Assembly (NCBI GenBank): GCA_048128005.1
Contig: JBEUKZ010000077.1
Span: 62,001 to 126,000, forward strand
DNA from: Veleropilina oligotropha
Taxonomy: Eukaryota
DNA length: 64,000 nucleotides
Reading direction: 5' to 3'
Notes under the pieces: generated by a model
The model's database searches: none
The model's input: only the letters and a program-made list of their open reading frames with translations
Told to the model about the DNA's origin: nothing
Shown: one piece after another, positions 1 through 12,015 of the stretch
How positions within the stretch are numbered: position 1 is the stretch's first letter
Layout of the letters: each line of letters starts with the position of its first letter
Made by a program: the position numbers and the translations under genes

Positions 1-78
1 TGACTGAAAAAAGTTCAATTACTTGTGATAAAATATACTGCTTACACATGATTGCATGGACATTTAATAATCCACATT

Positions 79-1476
79 ACATAACTACTGCTGACAGAGT
101 GACCCACATAACTACTGCTGACAGAGTGACCCACATAACTACTGCTGATAGAGTGACCCACATAACTACTGCTGACAGAGTGACCCACATAACTACTGCT
201 GATAGAGTGACCCACATAACTACTGCTGACAGAGTGACCCACATAACTACTGCTGATAGTGACCCACATAACTACTGCTGATAGAGTGACCCACATCACT
301 ACTGCTGACAGAGTGACCCACATAACTACTGCTGATAGAGTGACCTACATAACTACTGCTGACAGAGTGACCCACATAACTACTGCTGATAGAGTGACCC
401 ACATTACTGCTGATAAAGTGACCCACATAACTACTGCTGATAGAGTGACCCACATAACTACTGCTGATAGAGTGACCCACATAACTACTGTTGATAGAGT
501 GACTTACATAACTACTGCTGATAGAGTGACCCACATAACTACTGCTGATAGAGTGACCCACATAACTACTTCTGACAGAGTGACCCACATAACTACTGCT
601 GACAGAGTGACCCACATAACTACTGTTGATAGAGTGACCCACATAACTACTGCTGATAGAGTGACCCGCATAACTACTGCTGATTGAGTGACCCACATAA
701 CTACTGTTGATAGAGTGACCCACATAACTACTGTTGACAGAGTGACCCACATAACTACTGCTGACAGAGTGACCCACATAACTACTGCTGACAGAGTGAC
801 CCACATAACTACTGCTGATAGAGTGACCCACATAACTACTGCTGACAGAGTGACCCACATAACTACTGCTGATAGAGTGACCCACATAACTACTGCTGAT
901 AGAGTGACCCACACAACTACTGCTGATAGAGTGACCCACATAACTACTGCTGATAGAGTGACCCACATAACTACTGCTGACAGAGTGACCCACGTAACTA
1001 CTGCTGACAGAGTGACCCACATAACTACTGCTGACAGTGACCCACATAACTACTGCTGATAGAGTGACCCACATAACTACTGCTGATAGTGACCCACATA
1101 ACTACTGCTGATAGAGTGACCCACATAACTACTGCTGATAGAGTGACCCACATAACTACTGCTGATAGAGTGACCCACATAACTACTGCAGACAGAGTGA
1201 CCCACATAACTACTACTGACAGAGTGACCCACATAACTACTGCTGACAGAGTGACCCACATAACTACTGCTGATAGAGTGACCCACATAACTACTGCTGA
1301 CAGAGTGACCCACATAACTACTGTTGATATAGTGACCCACATAACTACTGCTGATAGAGTGACCCACATAACTACTATTGATAGAGTGACCCACATAACT
1401 ACTGCTGATAGAGTGACCCACATAACTACTGCTGATAGAGTGACCCACATAACTACTGCTGACAGAGTGACCCACA
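79..1476. repeat. 27-bp minisatellite (unit AGAGTGACCCACATAACTACTGCTGAY), about 50 copies, in a TUT1-like intron
   Basis: Direct tandem periodicity of 27 nt; the RVTHITTAD / SSSYVGHS ORFs in the track are by-products. Confidence 0.97.
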
Positions 1477-1841
1477 CACATCCAGACAACTGACCTCTTC
1501 ATCAACACACAATATCACTCAAAAAAGAAAATATTTGAATGATCAAATGGAGTACAATGGAGATGGAAACTATCAATGGTGAAAAAACACTCCGAGAAAT
1601 AAAGCACATCTCGACTTGAACCCACTAATCCATGCCGCTCAGATAAATCATAATAAAAGACCATCAACTTAATATTTATCTAATTATTTGAAATGAATGG
1701 ATGAAAGAAAGGATGTTTATGGAACAGAACAGCATTTTTTCGGTCTTAATCAGGTCGATTATTTTTGTTGTTTAATGAATGACCACTATGCTGCAGGAAC
1801 AAAGTACATGCAGAATTTTCCAGCAAACGTGAAGATCAAAC

Positions 1842-1952
1842 TCAGCAGTAGTTATGTGGGTCACTCTATCAGCAGTAGTTATGTGGGTCACTCTGTCAGC
1901 AGTAGTTATGTGGGTCACTCTGTCAGTAGTAGTTATGTGGGTCACTCTGTCA
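1842..1952. repeat. About 4 copies of the same 27-bp unit in inverted orientation
   Basis: TCAGCAGTAGTTATGTGGGTCACTCT is the reverse complement of the unit at 79-1476. Confidence 0.95.
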
Positions 1953-2017
1953 TCACACTACGATATTTATTGCTAAATAGTGACTTAGACAAAAGACAAT
2001 TAACTTGAATTACATAC

Positions 2018-2263
2018 CGAATGACACTTTTTCAACTCTTCTGTGATGATCTGTTGTCTGTTAACACTGGACGTTGCTTGCTCCTTCAAGTTTCCAGGCC
2101 TTGGCATGTTTGCTTGCTGCCCAGCGAGATGTGGCGGGCGACGAGAAGGTTTAAACTCACGCGGCCGAGCTGTAATCTTCTGTCCCCTAATCCGATGCTG
2201 TCGTTGGGCAAGGACTGCTGTCACAGCACTAACATTGTTGAATTCAATAAATGCATAGTAGTG
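2018..2263 (-). CDS. TUT1: TUT1/Star-PAP-like gene, coding exon 3 (second half of RRM: HYYAFIEFNNVSAVTAVLAQRQHRIRGQKITARPREFK...)
   Basis: Acceptor ttcgaccag and donor TCG|gtatgt on minus strand, 246 nt, phase 0/0; resembles FAIVEM...AVLSQSQHSLGG..LRVRPREQK of human TUT1. A candidate next acceptor (ttttttcag) sits at positions 4-12. Confidence 0.8.
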
Positions 2264-2896
2264 CTGGTCGAATAGAAACCAAAGAAGTATGATACAAATA
2301 TAACTAGAGAAATAGATGACATGTTCTCGTAAATATCATTTTTTTAAATAAGAAATTAGAGTTATTAATGCTATTTGTTCCAATGGATGATCTCGCTTGA
2401 ACCTGGTGACAAGGGGGTCTAATTTGCATTCTTTATAAAAACAATTGTATGTATGTGTCATCGTTTCAATTGCACACATCGTCAGTTTATTTCACCAAGT
2501 TGATTGACAAAATGAATTTAAACTGAAAAATCGTTGGTGAGGCAGTTAAACATCATATCATTTTATTTAAAGCTGCATTTCGTATTCTGCTGCATTCATC
2601 TGGGGTGCATTGTAAAATGACATAGGCTAGCAAGGTATTGAAGATATTTACCTGCAGCAATTCAAATCCCGCTATAATTGTATCTCGTCGTTTACTGATA
2701 CATGTAATCTGTGAGTTCAATTTTCACACTGTAACCATTAACAGTTTGACTTTCATACTTTAGATTAGTCGTAAAATGCAGCGATGAAACATTAAATAAC
2801 TGATATGCAAGCATTACTATGTGCAATTAAAGTATCATATGACAGATAACATAAAAAAACATTTATCTTTGACAATATTCTAGTACACTCACAAAC

Positions 2897-3087
2897 CTTT
2901 TCTTCATCAAGTACGATGTCATCGATATTTCCAAATCTGGAGAAGTATGTCGTGAGCTCCTCCTTGGTGGCGTCGACAGGGAACCCTCTCACGTACACCG
3001 TCTGCTCGGTTCTCCGCCTCCTGAAGTCGAATATGACCTGGCTTCTCTTGTGCTTCTTCCCCGACACATGCTGCGTCATGAGGAACT
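2897..3087 (-). CDS. TUT1: TUT1/Star-PAP-like gene, coding exon 2 (end of U1/matrin-type zinc finger QHVSGKKH and RRM start TVYVRGFP)
   Basis: Acceptor ttttggttcag, donor AAG|gtttgt, 191 nt, phase 1/0 compatible with neighbouring exons; zinc finger followed by RRM is the TUT1 N-terminal architecture. Confidence 0.82.
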
Positions 3088-3317
3088 CTGAACCAAAATA
3101 ATTAGATTTCATAGACTGACTACACACCTCATTAGCATCTGAAATAAAACACTTTCAGAACAAGATATGAATTATATATAAGTGGACAATTTAAAAGATA
3201 GCTAGGCTTACAATTCCAACTTCATATCTAGCATTATCCATCAGCTTAGGTTGAGCCTCTAGTCCCTAACGAAACAACATAATTTCTTCTTCAGCGGTCG
3301 ATATAAAGCAAGGTACG

Positions 3318-4318
3318 TCAGATCGGCAGATCAGTTGCCAAGATGAAATTCCCAGTCTTCTCCAGGTCGTGACGGCTAACCCAAAGCTGCGTCCGTAGTT
3401 CTACGCCCTCTGGCCAGCTGCGTCCGTAGTTCCATGCCCTCTGGCCAGCTGCGTCCGTAGTCCCATGCCCTCTGGCCAGCTGCGTCCGTAGTTCCATGCC
3501 CTCTGGCCAGCTGCGTCCATAGTTCCATGCCCTCTGACCAGCTGCATCCGTAGTTCCACGCCCTCTGGCCACCTGTGTCCGTAGTTCCACGCCCTCTGGC
3601 CAGCTGCATCCGTAGTTCCACGCCCTCTGGCCACCTGTGTCCATAGTTCCATGCCCTCTGGCCAGCTGCGTCCGTAGTTCCACACCCTCTGGCCAGCTGC
3701 GTCCGTAGTTCCACGCCATCTGGCCAGCTGCGTCCGTAGTTCCATGCCCTCTGGCCAGTTTCATCCGTAGTTCCACGCCCTCTGGCCAGCTGCATCCATG
3801 GTTCCACGCCCTCTGGCCAGCTGCGTCCGTAGTTCTACGCCCTCTGGCCAGTTGCGTCCGTAGTTCCACACCCTCTGGCCAACTGCGTCCGTAGCTCCAC
3901 GCCATCTGGCCAGCTGCGTCCGTAGTTCCATGCCCTCTGGCCAGCTGCGTCCGTAGTTCCACACCCTCTGGTCAGCTGCGTCCGTAGCTCCACACCCTCT
4001 GGCCAGCTGCGTCCGTATTTCCACGCCCTCTGGCCAGTTGCATCCGTAGCTCCACGCGCTCTGGCCAGCTGCGTCTGTAGTTCCACGCCCTCTGGTCAGC
4101 TGCGTCCGTAGTTCCACGCCCTCTGGCCAGCTGCGTCCATAGCTCCACACCCTCTGGCCAGCTGCATCCGTAGTTCCACGCCCTCTGGCCAGCTGCGTCC
4201 GTAGTTCCACGCCCTCTGGCCAGGTTTGACGTCGTAGATCGTCATCGTCAGCACATTATGTGAGAACATGTTCTGGTGTCTGGGATCCGGTTCTACATTT
4301 GTCAGTGTGAGCAATCAT
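3318..4318 (-). mobile_element. Short 3' fragment of a non-LTR retrotransposon ORF2 (C-terminal zinc-knuckle region), split by a minisatellite expansion
   Basis: Collapsing the array to one unit gives HTDKCRTGSQTPEHVLT*CADDDDLRRQTWPEGVELRTQLWVSRHDLEKTGNFILATDLPI*, resembling LINE C-termini of the CxCG..QTPEHIL..C type. Confidence 0.65.
3386..4223. repeat. 31-bp minisatellite (CTGGCCAGCTGCGTCCGTAGTTCCACGCCCT), about 27 copies
   Basis: Direct tandem periodicity of 31 nt. Confidence 0.96.
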
Positions 4319-4507
4319 GAATAGGCTAACATGGCTCAGAAGTCTACAGTGCTTAATTTCCTATTTAGTCACTTCAATACCAGTAAATTTTCATGTAAGT
4401 AATATCTGATCACCGATGGAAAACTGCCCACACCGACCAAATATGAAGCACTGTGACTGCAAACCCTGCAAAAGGAGGATTAAGAGTAATCCCCTTGTAT
4501 CTATAAT

Positions 4508-4713
4508 AATATACTTACGTCCTTACTAATGCCATAATAAGCCTATTATCGCTAAATCCGGACAAGGTGGAAATGGTAATTTCGCACCTTTTAGTAAATT
4601 TAACCCAGTCGACCCACTGACCTGCTCGACCTCCCCAGTTCATGCCTATAAAGAGCTCGCCAACTCCCGCGAGATCCTCGTGACCAAAAGGTCATGACCT
4701 CATCCGAAGTTTT
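4508..4713. repeat. DIRS copy A right (3') inverted terminal repeat
   Basis: Reverse complement of 11582-11787; starts AATATACTTACGTCCTTACT. Confidence 0.95.
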
Positions 4714-4776
4714 AGCAAACCCCAAGGCAAAGAACTTATATAAGAGGGGAGGTGCGAAGCAGGGTGGGCCAAGTGG

Positions 4777-4852
4777 GTAAGGACGTAAGTATATTATTAT
4801 AGATACAAGGGGATTACTCTTAATCCTCCTATCTATATCAAATATACTTACG
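4777..4852. other. DIRS copy A internal complementary region (ICR)
   Basis: First part is the reverse complement of 4473-4526, second part of 11776-11798, i.e. it spells the circle junction. Confidence 0.93.
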
Positions 4853-5617
4853 CCAAGATACACCAAAATTAAAACTTACTTGTTACCAGAAGACGACGCT
4901 TATAGCGTTGAGATCGAGTCCGCTCAGAGTGGATTTTACTGAGCATCAAATCTACTCTTACCCCGGGGTGAGATTTCGACCAAGAAATCTGGGAAAACAC
5001 GCCAGGGATGTTAGTCGGACAGGTAACACGAAAGTGCATATAGCTCCGGACACCGTGCGGAAGGTATACCTTGAGGCACTCGTGTCATGAGCAAAAACAG
5101 TGATCTGAATATTCCGGACTCAAAGGTCGGCAGACAGAAAACTGCAAGACGTGGTTCTTAGAGGCACCCGAACCTAGGCAGGTTTATTGTGCTATAAAAC
5201 CGTGACAATTATTAATAGATTGAAGAATATTCATTAACTTCATCTTGAAATAATAAAAAATTTGCATGTCCATCTTGCAAAATGTCAACATGATAACATG
5301 TTACTTAAATAATTTTAAGTAGAGAATAATATTAAAATTTATTCAATGTAAGAACATTGAAATGTTCTGCGACAGCAAGGAGAACATTTTTAAAATAATA
5401 TTATTTACAAAAAACATTTTTAAGATTTCGTAATATAAATGTTTGCATCCAATGTGAGCATTAATTTCATATTAACTCAGTTTGAATAGATAATTTCAAT
5501 TTCTTAATAAGTTTAAGAAAGAAATAACATTGGAGTCAATTCTAAGGGTGTTTACAATGTACACAAATAGAATTACATTACATTACCTCAGTGTCCTGGT
5601 ATGATTCATTACACCAA

Positions 5618-6760
5618 TCACTGCAAGGATGACCTAGATCCTCTAATACATTGTTGATTTGCCGCCACAAAGGAAATTCGATGTTCGCCAGATGCCGTGG
5701 TAGCGTAATCACGCAGGTAGAAGCGAACAAAGGTATTAGCACTCTTCCAGTAACCAGCCTTCAAAATTGCATTGATATTCAAATTATATTTGAAAGCCAA
5801 GGAGGTCGCTAAAGCACGAGTTTCATGCGCGTGAATTGAAACGAGATCTCGTTCTGGATCATCGGACCGACTGTAAATTTCTTTTACAACAGAGACTATC
5901 CAACGTGAAACAGTCGATTTGCGAATGTCGCGGTGGAATTGAGGCATGTGGCTTACGAATAAACGTTTTTTGCCGTGCCGTAGGTCACGGGTCCGATCCA
6001 GGTAGAATCTCAGCGCACGAACGGGGCAGTTCAGGCGGTCGATATCGTCTCTACCCAACATGGAGAGGTTACGGATACAAACCTCGGGACAGATATCTTC
6101 AGGTCTTTGTGTCTTCGCGAGGAAGCCAAGGACTGTATGCAGCGTCACCGACCCATCGGTGTGGAAGTGTATATCTCGTAGCTCTCCGGATAATGCGTGT
6201 ATCTCCGATGCCCGGTTACCGGTGGCGAGAGCGGTAAGAAATACGGTCTTATAAGTGAGATTTTTGAGGGAACATTCACTCATAGGCTCGAACGGGCATC
6301 TAAGTAAAGCATTGAGAATCAACATAACATTCCAAGCAGGCGGCCGCACTTGCTGAATGGGTCGTTCCAGTTGGTAGGAGCGTATAAAGTCCGATATTGT
6401 TTTGTGACAAGCGGGTGTGCTCGCGGCATTGTCGTAACGTCGTTGCTACGCATGATCGGTAGCCTTTGACCGCGGAAATAGACATTCCACGTTCGAGCAA
6501 CGACGACAAAAACTCGATAAATTTTGTCACAGGGGGGCGGAAAATATTGACCTGCCGCCCGCGACACCAATCCACAAATTTCTTCCATCGGTAGTCGTAT
6601 ACCTTGGTTGTAGATTGCCTTCTAGATCGGTAGATGCGCTGGGCTGTCGCTCTAGAAAAGCCTTTCTTAATGAGCGATCTCTCGATAGTCGCCAGGCGTG
6701 TAAGTGAAACTCGTTCGCCGACGGGTGTAGGACCCGCCTGCGCGGTTGCGATAACAGGTC
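5618..6760 (-). pseudogene. DIRS copy A tyrosine recombinase (catalytic C-terminal part intact, frameshift/deletion near 6400)
   Basis: GNRASEI (R), AKTQ (K), HETR (HxxR), AGYW, FVRFYLRD (Y); upstream SAM-like part TTKVYDYRWKKFVDWC is in another frame. Confidence 0.9.
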
Positions 6761-8717
6761 CGTCATCTGCGGGAGCGCAAGTGGCTGATCGATGAGTAGA
6801 TCCAGAAGTGTTCGGAAACCAGGACTGCATGCGTTGTAGGGGTGCTATTAGCGTCAACTCGCAGTCTTCGCGTGTTGCTTTCCGTAGTACTTGTGGCAGC
6901 ATGCACGACGGCGGAAAGGCGTAGGCGATCAGATTCTCCCAGCTCATTGACAGAGCGTCGACCGCTATAGCGGCCGGGTCCGGGTAAGGAGACACATAGA
7001 GAGGGAGTCGGTGATTGTATTCGGTTGCGAATAGATCGACTTGAGGCGTCGACCACAGGCGACAGACATCTCAGGCTACACGGGCGTGTAGCGTCCACTC
7101 TGTGTGTATTATCTGTGTTTTCCGAGAGAGCGTATCCGCTCTGACATTCAGCTTCCCCGGGATGTGTCGGGCTCGAATCGTCGAGTTGAGGGACATCACT
7201 AGGCGTTGTAGGTCGATCGCTCGGTCGCAAAGCGGACGGGAGCGGGTGCCGCCCTGGTGCTGAATGTAAGCGACGACAGTCGTGTTGTCCGTGGCGAGCA
7301 TTATGTGCTTGGTGCGGAGATGTGATGAGAGGGACCGTACTGACAGGTAGACGGCTTCTAACTCTAGGAAGTTGATGTGTCGTCCCTGAAGGTCCGTCGG
7401 CCATAGGCCCGATGTCTCGTGACTGTCGAGGTGACCTCCCCAGCCCTCGTTTGACGCGTCCGTGAAGAGGTAGGCGTTCGGGTCTGGGGGGGATATCGGA
7501 ACCGACTGGCTCGGCAGGGTAGTGTTCAGCCACACTGCTGTCGTGCGATTGAACCAATGCCGTAGATCGATGCGATCCGTCCACTGTCCCGTACGTTGTA
7601 TCCAGCGGTCCTTGAAGGCCTGCTGCAACGGTCGTTTGTCCATGCGACCCGTCGGTAACAGGGGAGCTACCGACTCGATGTGCCCTAGGACAGTGGCCAG
7701 TCGTCGCGCTGTAGTTATCCGTGAAGACCTTGTTTCCACTATAACTGCGCGTAGGTTCTCTATACGTTTCTGAGTCGGTTTCGCGGTGTACCGGACCGTG
7801 TCGAATTCGACCCCTAGAAATGTAAACGTCGTCGAGGGCACGAAGCAGGATTTCTCGTTGATCTGTAATCCTAGGCGCTTCGCCGATGACAGGGTAACGC
7901 TCATAGACTGGAGGCACTGATCCCGGGACGCCCCGAGAATCAACCAGTCGTCGAGGTACATGTGTACTCTGTGCCCTTGCGAGTGTAGGAAGGCCCCGAG
8001 AGCCTGTACTGCCCGCGTGAAGACGTACGGGGCTGACGATAGACCGAACGGTAGACATCTGAATTGGTAGACCGTTCCCCCGTAGACAGACCGTAGGTAC
8101 CGGTGAGCCGAGACGTGCATCGGAACGTGTAGGTACGCATCGGTCAAGTCGATAGACGCTGCCCAGTCGCCCGGACGGATGGCCGTTCGTATCTTCGAGA
8201 GTGTTTCTTGCTTGAACTTCTCGGTACGAAGATACTGGTTGAGGAATGACAGACCGAGGATCGGTCGCCAACGGCCATCGGATTTCGGGACCAGGAAAAA
8301 GTGGCTGTAATATCCTGGTGTGCTGGGCGGCGCGGGATAAATCGCTCTTTTTGAGAGTAAGTCCCGCACTGCCTGGTCTAGGACGGCTTGTTTTGCTCTT
8401 ATCAGGAGACGAGCGCGTCCTGGTGGTGGTGTCGCGTCTAGGGTTGGATGCCGGGCGAATGCCAACATGTATCCGGCACTCACGACTGAGTGAACCCAGT
8501 TGTCCTCTGTCATTTCTAGCCAGGACAGGCAGTACTCTAACAGACACGCTCCCACCGGCAGAAGCGTGCAACTGGGCTCGTCGAGAGCGCCGGCAACCCC
8601 TAGGCCGCGGCTTCCCTCTCCCGCTCTGACGGGATTTCGTCGGAGGTGCCGTTTTCGCAGTAGATTTATTGGCCGGAGGAGGCCCACTATGCGAAGGTTT
8701 GGCACGCTTGGAAGCAC
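6660..8717 (-). pseudogene. DIRS copy A RT - RNase H - adenine-methyltransferase-like ORF, interrupted
   Basis: DLTDAY, LPFGLSSAP, YLDD, LFTDAS, VDLFAT, YAFPP motifs; premature TGA at 7073-7071 and a frameshift near 6808. Confidence 0.93.
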
Positions 8718-10792
8718 TTCCTTGAGGCAGCAGCCGACGTACTACGAGGAGTAACCAAGACTGCCTTCTCAATAGCGCGATCCTTGAGGTCGGTCGCTCT
8801 CTTCTCGACAAATTCGGCGAATTTGTCTCCGAAGAGAGTAGGGGCCGACAGCGGCACGCAACGTAGAGACTGCCGGGTGGCGTCGTCTAACGTGGTGCCG
8901 TCTAGGCAAGCGTCTCTACGAAGTAGGACAGCGTTACCTAAGGATCGGGCTGACTCCGACGCGGAGTTCTCCGTGGAGGCGGCAACCTCTTCGAGGAAGG
9001 ACAGTGCGATCTCATGAGCGCGGGGTCCATCCTCTTGTAGCACGGTAATAGCTCCGTCCAAGAAGAAATCCTGGATGGAGGAATGCCGTAGAGCTCGACG
9101 GGCGGAGCTCTCAAAGCCCTCCATGGCGGCCCATGGGACTTTGACTACCGAGGGAGCTGTACTGGCCGACAGGCGACGCATCGCTGCGTCGATCTGAACC
9201 GGCTCAGTCGCCAGACACGTCCCAGAGCACCCGATCGGAATCGGACGCCTACTGGGCCGGAGGTACCTTCCCTTACGGAGACCACTAGGGTACTCCGTTA
9301 AAGTGGAAGTCTCCACCGATTTGGACCCCTGAATGGATTTGGTCGTCGAGTCGAGGACGAGCGAGACCAACCCAGACTGGGGAAGGGTAGGAAGCAGGGG
9401 GGCTTCCGTCACATCAAACCGACGTGCCGTTGTCCTGTGCGTGACTCCGCTTACCGGCAGGGCCGGGTCGAGCAAGTCAAGCACCCCGCGAAGCGACGCG
9501 ACAGCGTCGTACCTTCGGCGGGTGGCGGAGACGGCTTCATGTGTGCCAGAAAGACTACAAGAGTCGTCTGGTCCGACCGATTCAGGGAGGTCAGAGTGAG
9601 GAGTAGGAGTGGCGTCCTCGTCGGAACGAGAATCTACTTCCATCACCGAAACATGAGCCGAGCCCGGCGTTACGGTCAGAGACGCTGGGACCTGGGGCGG
9701 CTGGGTAGCCGGTTGCCAGGACCTACAACGTGCCTCGACTTCCGTCGCAATCATAGCCTGGACGTTCTCGAACGAGAAACCCGGAGGCATGACGGACGTC
9801 GGACCAACAGCCATTGGTCGGCTCGAGGTTACCGTAGCGCATGGTGGACGGGCTGCACGGACAGGTGGAGCCGAGAACCAGGGTCTCGGGGTACCTGTCG
9901 GGAAACCGCTACCAGGGAATCGGCCCGAAGGCGCGATAACTGGTGCGAACGACCCGTAGGACTGCGACCACAGTCCATACGGGTCTGTAACCCTGCTCGA
10001 GTGAAGCACGTGGGAATACCCGCCGTACACTTCAGCCCCGAGCGCAGCCGATCCTACCACATCACCTAGGACGTCTTGAAAAGAACCGCCGGAGGTAATG
10101 GGCCTTCCATCGGTCTCGTGGGCTCCGACGGTGGCGGGATTAGTCTTTAAACTAGCGCCGTTGTCGGACGAGAGGATGGGTTTCGTCGAGCGTCTGGAAC
10201 TTCGACCACTTTCGTGGTGCCCAGCAACTATATCGACTTTTTCTGCCAGTCGTTTCGCTTCTTGTTCAGAAGCTACTAAACTCGCAGAAGGACTAACGCT
10301 GCCTTGCTCCTCCGAGGCCGGAGGAGAGGAAAGGTTTTGTCTGCCCTGTACAGCTTTTCGCCGCAGCGCTCGACATGTCTTACTGGTCGGCAAGACACTC
10401 TGAGCAGCGGTTACTAGGCCCAAAGGAGAGGAGTCGGACGGCACTCGGGCCTGTACCTGAACCATGGATCCCGACGAAGAGGTTCCGACGGCGGATCCCG
10501 CGATAGCCGCTGTCCCAACACGGCTATCACCGAGAGTATCTGAAACAGAAAGAATAGAATCAAAGCCTGTCTCTAATCTTTTAAGCTTCTCGGTGGCTGT
10601 CCCATCGGGAGAAGATGCCCTGGTCGTCTTCACCGTTGGGAAAAGAATCTCCCACTGCCGATTCGTCAATGCTAAACAATGCTCACACAGATGCGTTTTA
10701 TCACTAAAACAAACACGGTGAATAGTGCATTCGGAGTGCCTGTCAAAACCACGGATTTTCTGTCGGCACCCGGAAATACTGCAATGCACCAT
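8687..10792 (-). CDS. DIRS copy A gag-like ORF1 (N-terminal Cys/His cluster), frameshifted near its C-terminus (~8720)
   Basis: ATG at 10792; colinear similarity with ORF1 of copy B (HSDLPESVGP, QDFFLDGAI, GNAxLLRRDACL). Confidence 0.85.
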   Translation of the reverse strand: MVHCSISGCRQKIRGFDRHSECTIHRVCFSDKTHLCEHCLALTNRQWEILFPTVKTTRASSPDGTATEKLKRLETGFDSILSVSDTLGDSRVGTAAIAGSAVGTSSSGSMVQVQARVPSDSSPLGLVTAAQSVLPTSKTCRALRRKAVQGRQNLSSPPASEEQGSVSPSASLVASEQEAKRLAEKVDIVAGHHESGRSSRRSTKPILSSDNGASLKTNPATVGAHETDGRPITSGGSFQDVLGDVVGSAALGAEVYGGYSHVLHSSRVTDPYGLWSQSYGSFAPVIAPSGRFPGSGFPTGTPRPWFSAPPVRAARPPCATVTSSRPMAVGPTSVMPPGFSFENVQAMIATEVEARCRSWQPATQPPQVPASLTVTPGSAHVSVMEVDSRSDEDATPTPHSDLPESVGPDDSCSLSGTHEAVSATRRRYDAVASLRGVLDLLDPALPVSGVTHRTTARRFDVTEAPLLPTLPQSGLVSLVLDSTTKSIQGSKSVETSTLTEYPSGLRKGRYLRPSRRPIPIGCSGTCLATEPVQIDAAMRRLSASTAPSVVKVPWAAMEGFESSARRALRHSSIQDFFLDGAITVLQEDGPRAHEIALSFLEEVAASTENSASESARSLGNAVLLRRDACLDGTTLDDATRQSLRCVPLSAPTLFGDKFAEFVEKRATDLKDRAIEKAVLVTPRSTSAAASRKCFQACQTFA

Positions 10793-11581
10793 AGCTACGT
10801 ACACGGGTAGGTAGGAGATAGGGGTATGAAGTGATAAGGGTATTTCTACGGGTAGTTTACCAAAATACTACTACAACCTCGATTGTACCTGATCCGAGAG
10901 TTAGAAAAGGCTGAAATACGCTTAATACCTCCGGCGGATTATACGCCCGAAACACCGACTTTGATAAACTTTTTAACACAAGTCGGCCAACGAATTGAGA
11001 AACGGGAGGTCTTTCTTTAACAAGAAACCGCCCTTCACACCTAAAAACCTCTTGGATGTATATATTCAATTTGTTAGAATTCGGCGTGTTATCCCCGACC
11101 TAGCAGATTTACCAAAATAACGCAAGTTAAATGCTAAACAATCTGCTGTTCAACGACGATAAATTTGATTACATAAATTTATAGCAAGAAAACGTCGTTG
11201 AGGAAATTATCACATATATAAATGAAATGCAATGCAAATTCAAGCAATATCAATAATCAACTCTCTCCTGACTCCGTAGTAATTGCTAAGGAGCTTCCTT
11301 CTTTAAATATCCCTCTGAGCGTCCTCTTTATTTTCTTTCAGAATTTCAAGATGGCGTCGTCAATGGAGGATGTTGATTTCGTTTTTTGTCTGTAGTCGAC
11401 AGGAAAAACTTCCAAGAAGGGCTTATTCAGGAGGAAAACTCTCAAATTTCCCACTACACGTGTTTAACACACTATATTCGATCATATGAGCTTAATGATT
11501 ATAAAAATCTGGCTCTAAATAGATCGAAATCACATCAGATGATGGGAGCAAAGAAAAACGCGACTTGTCACAAGATGGCGG

Positions 11582-11787
11582 AAAACTTCGGATGAGGTCA
11601 TGACCTTTTGGTCACGAGGATCTCGCGGGAGTTGGCGAGCTCTTTATAGGCATGAACTGGGGAGGTCGAGCAGGTCAGTGGGTCGACTGGGTTAAATTTA
11701 CTAAAAGGTGCGAAATTACCATTTCCACCTTGTCCGGATTTAGCGATAATAGGCTTATTATGGCATTAGTAAGGACGTAAGTATATT
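11582..11787. repeat. DIRS copy A left (5') inverted terminal repeat
   Basis: Reverse complement of 4508-4713. Confidence 0.95.
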
Positions 11788-11972
11788 TGATATAGATATG
11801 TTGAACCAAATAAGTGAAGTCATTGCAATCGGTAACAGTGAATTGGGAGAAATGTTTTAACCCATTGGTTTAGACAAAATTCTTGTATTGACCAGATCAG
11901 TATTCCCAATAATGCACTATCATGATCATCAGGATGATGAAACCTCAGAAGAGCAATGAAAGTTGAACTCAC

Positions 11973-12015
11973 CGGAGGAGACGTTCACGTTGCATACTTC
12001 ACAAAATAACACCAT
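11973..12015 (-). CDS. TUT1: TUT1/Star-PAP-like gene, first coding exon (MVLFCEVCNVNVSS)
   Basis: ATG at 12015, donor G|gtgagt, phase 1 joins exon 3087 to give CEVC...HVSGKKH zinc finger; acceptor ctttttactag at 12027 implies an upstream UTR exon. Not in the ORF track. Confidence 0.8.

Larger units (their letters stand above)
4473..11798 (-). mobile_element. DIRS1-like tyrosine-recombinase retrotransposon, copy A (near full length, defective), in the first coding intron of the TUT1-like gene
   Basis: 206-bp ITRs, ICR matching both termini, gag / RT-RNaseH-MT / YR ORFs; no target-site duplication (1-bp A overlap at the ICR junction). Confidence 0.95.

Noticed and set aside
42..1508. Repetitive ORFs (RVTHITTAD, SSSYVGHS, MWVTLSAVV)
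   Set aside because: Translations of a 27-bp satellite with frame-breaking 25-bp units; located in an intron.
3318..4314. WPEGVELRTQLARG repeat ORFs as a host protein or TUT1 exon
   Set aside because: 31-bp unit cycles through all frames; TUT1 exons join in phase without it.
4908..5090. Antisense ORF in DIRS 3' region (and 41128-41319 in copy B)
   Set aside because: Peptides are not conserved between copies beyond VSRT; indels break frame, so conservation is non-coding.
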